DNA from: a virus
Lineage: Duplodnaviria > Heunggongvirae > Uroviricota > Caudoviricetes
Virus record (IMG/VR): IMGVR_UViG_3300045988_141393
Reading direction: 5' to 3' (one strand)
DNA: 60,346 nucleotides
A program made the translations under genes and the position numbers. Each line of letters begins with the position of its first letter. The first letter of the stretch is position 1. The notes under the pieces were generated by a model. That model worked only from the letters and a program-made list of their open reading frames with translations. It did no database searches and was not told the DNA's origin. This document shows positions 57,766-60,346 of this stretch, piece after piece.

Positions 57766-58671
57766 ATGAGATCAGTCGCTTTCAAAAACATCTTCATCTA
57801 TCGTCTTTCACGTGAAGTTAACTGGAGTGCCGCAGAAGTATCCGATGCTCTTAGCAAATTCGTGTTTACTCCTTGCGGTTCTCAGGACACAGCTAAAGTC
57901 GGTTGGACACCTGTTCTTGGTGACAACCTCACCCATGAATACCAGGGTTTTCTGCTAATACAGCATAAGCGAGAAGAAAAAATTCTCCCCTCGCAGGTGC
58001 TCAAGGAAGAGTTGCAGAAAAAAGTCCTGAAACTCGAAGAAGAGCAAGCCCGCAAGCTGAAGAAAACGGAAAGAGACAGTCTTAAAGATGAAGTCCTGCA
58101 TTCACTTTTGCCTCGCGCGTTCACGAGAAAATCACTCGCCAAAATCCTGATCGACCGCAGCAACCATCTGGTATTCGTTGAGGCAAGCAGCGCCAAAAAG
58201 GCAGAGGACCAGCTGGCTTTATTGCGAAAGTCGCTCGGCAGCCTGCCTGTCATTCCATTCACACCACGCGAACCGCTGGAAATTACAATGACCGAGTGGT
58301 TTAAAAGCGGCTTCCCTGCCGGATTTACAGCAGGTGAAGACGCCACATTAAAGGGTCTGCTCGATAATGGTGGTGCCGTTCGCTGCAACAAAGTTGATCT
58401 ACAGTCCGACGAGATTATGTCTCACATTGAGGCGGGGAAAGTAGCTACGACCGTTGCAATTAACTGGATGGACCGTGCGTCGTTCAGAGTCAACGATGAT
58501 ATGAGTATCAAAGCCCTGACATTCTGTGATGATCTCTATGACCAGAACGACGATATCGACCGGGAGGATGTAGCACAACGATTTGATGCTGATTTCGTGC
58601 TCTTTACGGGCGAATTATCTGCACTGTTTAACGCGCTGGTGGAGGCCATTGGCGGTGAAGCAGAACGATAA
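57766..58671 (+). CDS. rdgC: RdgC-like recombination-associated protein (HrdC-like)
   Basis: 301 aa; near-collinear similarity to RdgC including [69 protein letters not shown]. Confidence 0.75.
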   Translation: MRSVAFKNIFIYRLSREVNWSAAEVSDALSKFVFTPCGSQDTAKVGWTPVLGDNLTHEYQGFLLIQHKREEKILPSQVLKEELQKKVLKLEEEQARKLKKTERDSLKDEVLHSLLPRAFTRKSLAKILIDRSNHLVFVEASSAKKAEDQLALLRKSLGSLPVIPFTPREPLEITMTEWFKSGFPAGFTAGEDATLKGLLDNGGAVRCNKVDLQSDEIMSHIEAGKVATTVAINWMDRASFRVNDDMSIKALTFCDDLYDQNDDIDREDVAQRFDADFVLFTGELSALFNALVEAIGGEAER

Positions 58672-58687
58672 TAACCGACCGCTTGTT

Positions 58688-59335
58688 GTGAGTCTTTGTG
58701 ATTTCACGGGGAAAATGGTCGCCCCCTGGCTGGAGCATGGTATAGATGCTGTTATCGTCGATCCACAACACGCAAAGACCACAGATGAGCTGATGCAATC
58801 AGGCGCAGTTCTGACACGTATCAGTGCGATTATCGATAGTGATGAAGTTTATGCTTTTCTCCGAAATAATTTACAACGTATTGTGTTTTTAGCTGGTTTT
58901 CCGCCGTGCACGGACCTTGCTGTTTCCGGTGCGCGCTGGTTTGCACATAAGGCTGACAAAGATCCGGTTTTCCAGTTCAAAGCGATGCAAGTCGTCTGGC
59001 AGTGTTACGACATTGCAAAGATGATTGGTTGCCCGTACATGATTGAAAACCCGGTCAGCCAAATATCGACATTCTGGCGTAAACCTGATCACATCTTCCA
59101 TCCTTACCACTTCACTGCATATTGCAAGGAAGACAATTACACCAAAAAAACATGCCTCTGGAGCGGGCAGGGCTTTGTCATGCCTGATGCCCTAATGGAC
59201 GAATCATTAGGCAAGCCAGATAACAGAATCCATACCGCGCCACCTGGGCCTGAAAGGGCTAATTTTCGAAGTGCTACTCCGAATGGATTCGCAAAAGCAG
59301 TTTTCGAAGCAAATAAGGGGGTGCTCTATGAGTAA
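58688..59335 (+). CDS. Divergent C5-cytosine methyltransferase-like protein
   Basis: About 215 aa from GTG 58688; motif IV-like GFPPCTDLAVSGA and motif VI-like MIENP; too short for a canonical C5-MTase; start uncertain. Confidence 0.35.
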   Translation: MSLCDFTGKMVAPWLEHGIDAVIVDPQHAKTTDELMQSGAVLTRISAIIDSDEVYAFLRNNLQRIVFLAGFPPCTDLAVSGARWFAHKADKDPVFQFKAMQVVWQCYDIAKMIGCPYMIENPVSQISTFWRKPDHIFHPYHFTAYCKEDNYTKKTCLWSGQGFVMPDALMDESLGKPDNRIHTAPPGPERANFRSATPNGFAKAVFEANKGVLYE

Positions 59336-60233
59336 ATCTCTAGTAAGCACAGCCATAGAAAGACATGATTCGATGGCGGAAATTAGCTATATGCGCACCA
59401 TTCGGACTCCGGATGAATACGAGCGTCCGATCTTCAAATGGGTAGGCGGTAAATTTTCAGAGTTGCCTATAGTGCTTGAGCATCTACCACACGGTAAGCG
59501 GTTAATAGAACCATTCGTTGGTGGCGGTTCCGTATTTACGAATGCAGGATTTCGCCACAACCTGCTTAATGATATTAACGGTGACTTGATTAACTTCTAT
59601 CAGACATTGCAGCGAGAAAGACATTCTCTAGTCACGCTGTCATATAGTTTTTTCCAAAATTACAACAACGCTGACGCTTACCTCGAAGTGCGTGAGGCAT
59701 TTAACAGAGGAAAGTATGACCAACTACATCATGCTGCTGCCTTTTTGTACCTTAATCGGCACTGTTTTAATGGCGTAACACGGTACAACCAAAATGGCGA
59801 GTTCAACGTAGGGTATGGTAAATACAAAGCGCCCTACTTCCCACATGCAGAGATGGAGGCATTTTTGGCTGATGACGTACTCAAAAACACTTCCTTTGTA
59901 TCAGGTGACTTTGCTGGCGTCATCGAGGCGGCTGGTGAAGGCGATGTGATTTTTTGCGATCCGCCGTATGAACCGCTGCCGGATACAGAAGGGTTTACCA
60001 GTTATTCAGGAAATAGCTTCCGTTTCGACGAACAGAAACGGCTGGTATCTCTATTGGTGGAAGCCCACCAGCGCGGCGCTAAGGTAGTGATTACAAATAG
60101 TGGTGCTCCAAACATCCGTGAACTATATGAAGGAAACGGGTTTAAAGTACATCATATGGCAGCCAGACGGTCGGTTTCCTGCAAGGCGTCAACACGTGTA
60201 GTTGCTAACGATATAATTGCAATAATGAAGTAA
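59328..60233 (+). CDS. dam: N6-adenine DNA methyltransferase (Dam family)
   Basis: 301 aa from ATG 59328; KWVGGKF ... EPFVGGGSV and catalytic DPPY (FCDPPYEP). Confidence 0.75.
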   Translation: MSKSLVSTAIERHDSMAEISYMRTIRTPDEYERPIFKWVGGKFSELPIVLEHLPHGKRLIEPFVGGGSVFTNAGFRHNLLNDINGDLINFYQTLQRERHSLVTLSYSFFQNYNNADAYLEVREAFNRGKYDQLHHAAAFLYLNRHCFNGVTRYNQNGEFNVGYGKYKAPYFPHAEMEAFLADDVLKNTSFVSGDFAGVIEAAGEGDVIFCDPPYEPLPDTEGFTSYSGNSFRFDEQKRLVSLLVEAHQRGAKVVITNSGAPNIRELYEGNGFKVHHMAARRSVSCKASTRVVANDIIAIMK

Positions 60234-60234
60234 A

Positions 60235-60265
60235 AAACGCCGCAGTAGCGGCGTTTACTTTTTCA
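60235..60265 (+). terminator. Rho-independent terminator
   Basis: AAACGCCGC-agta-GCGGCGTTT followed by T-rich run. Confidence 0.5.
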
Positions 60266-60346
60266 TGTGGCGAAATACCTATTAACCTAACTTCGCCCAG
60301 GTATCACGCAGCCCAACGGTGCGGTTAAATACCGGTTTTTCCGCCG

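Overview
This ~60 kb window reads as part of a P1-like temperate phage-plasmid from an enterobacterial host (about 50% GC). All calls rest on reading the translated ORFs and the DNA by eye against remembered family signatures; no searches were run, so family names are hypotheses and coordinates of non-CDS features may be off by a few bases. Backbone features supporting the P1-like call: a Cre-like tyrosine recombinase (31283..32311) with a lox-like 13-8-13 inverted repeat 150 bp upstream; a 2278-aa methyltransferase/helicase giant protein resembling DarB (11488..18324); a holin/antiholin-to-DarA-like operon at the left end; a PacA/PacB-like terminase pair with a GATC-rich candidate pac site; a Ref-like HNH protein; a LexA-boxed UmuD'-like (HumD) gene; an RdgC homologue followed by methyltransferase genes; and two Icd/Ant antirepressor modules each preceded by a structured leader. 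A five-tRNA island (Arg-UCU, Tyr, Thr-UGU, Ser-UGA, Ile2/Met-CAU) sits in about 3.5 kb of hairpin-rich non-coding DNA. Most worth a second look: (1) five copies of a DUF2829-like (Tad2-type) domain, one fused to an antirepressor; (2) a terminase-large-subunit paralogue with degenerate Walker A/B motifs beside dUTPase; (3) a recurrent TGTTAGAAA/TTTCTAACA motif at 11 intergenic loci, probably the operator set of the immunity repressor; (4) three overlapping small basic ORFs missed by the ORF track; (5) two unrelated HigB/HigA toxin-antitoxin pairs. Many proteins remain hypothetical. Antisense ORFs in the six-frame track that overlap stronger genes were ignored.
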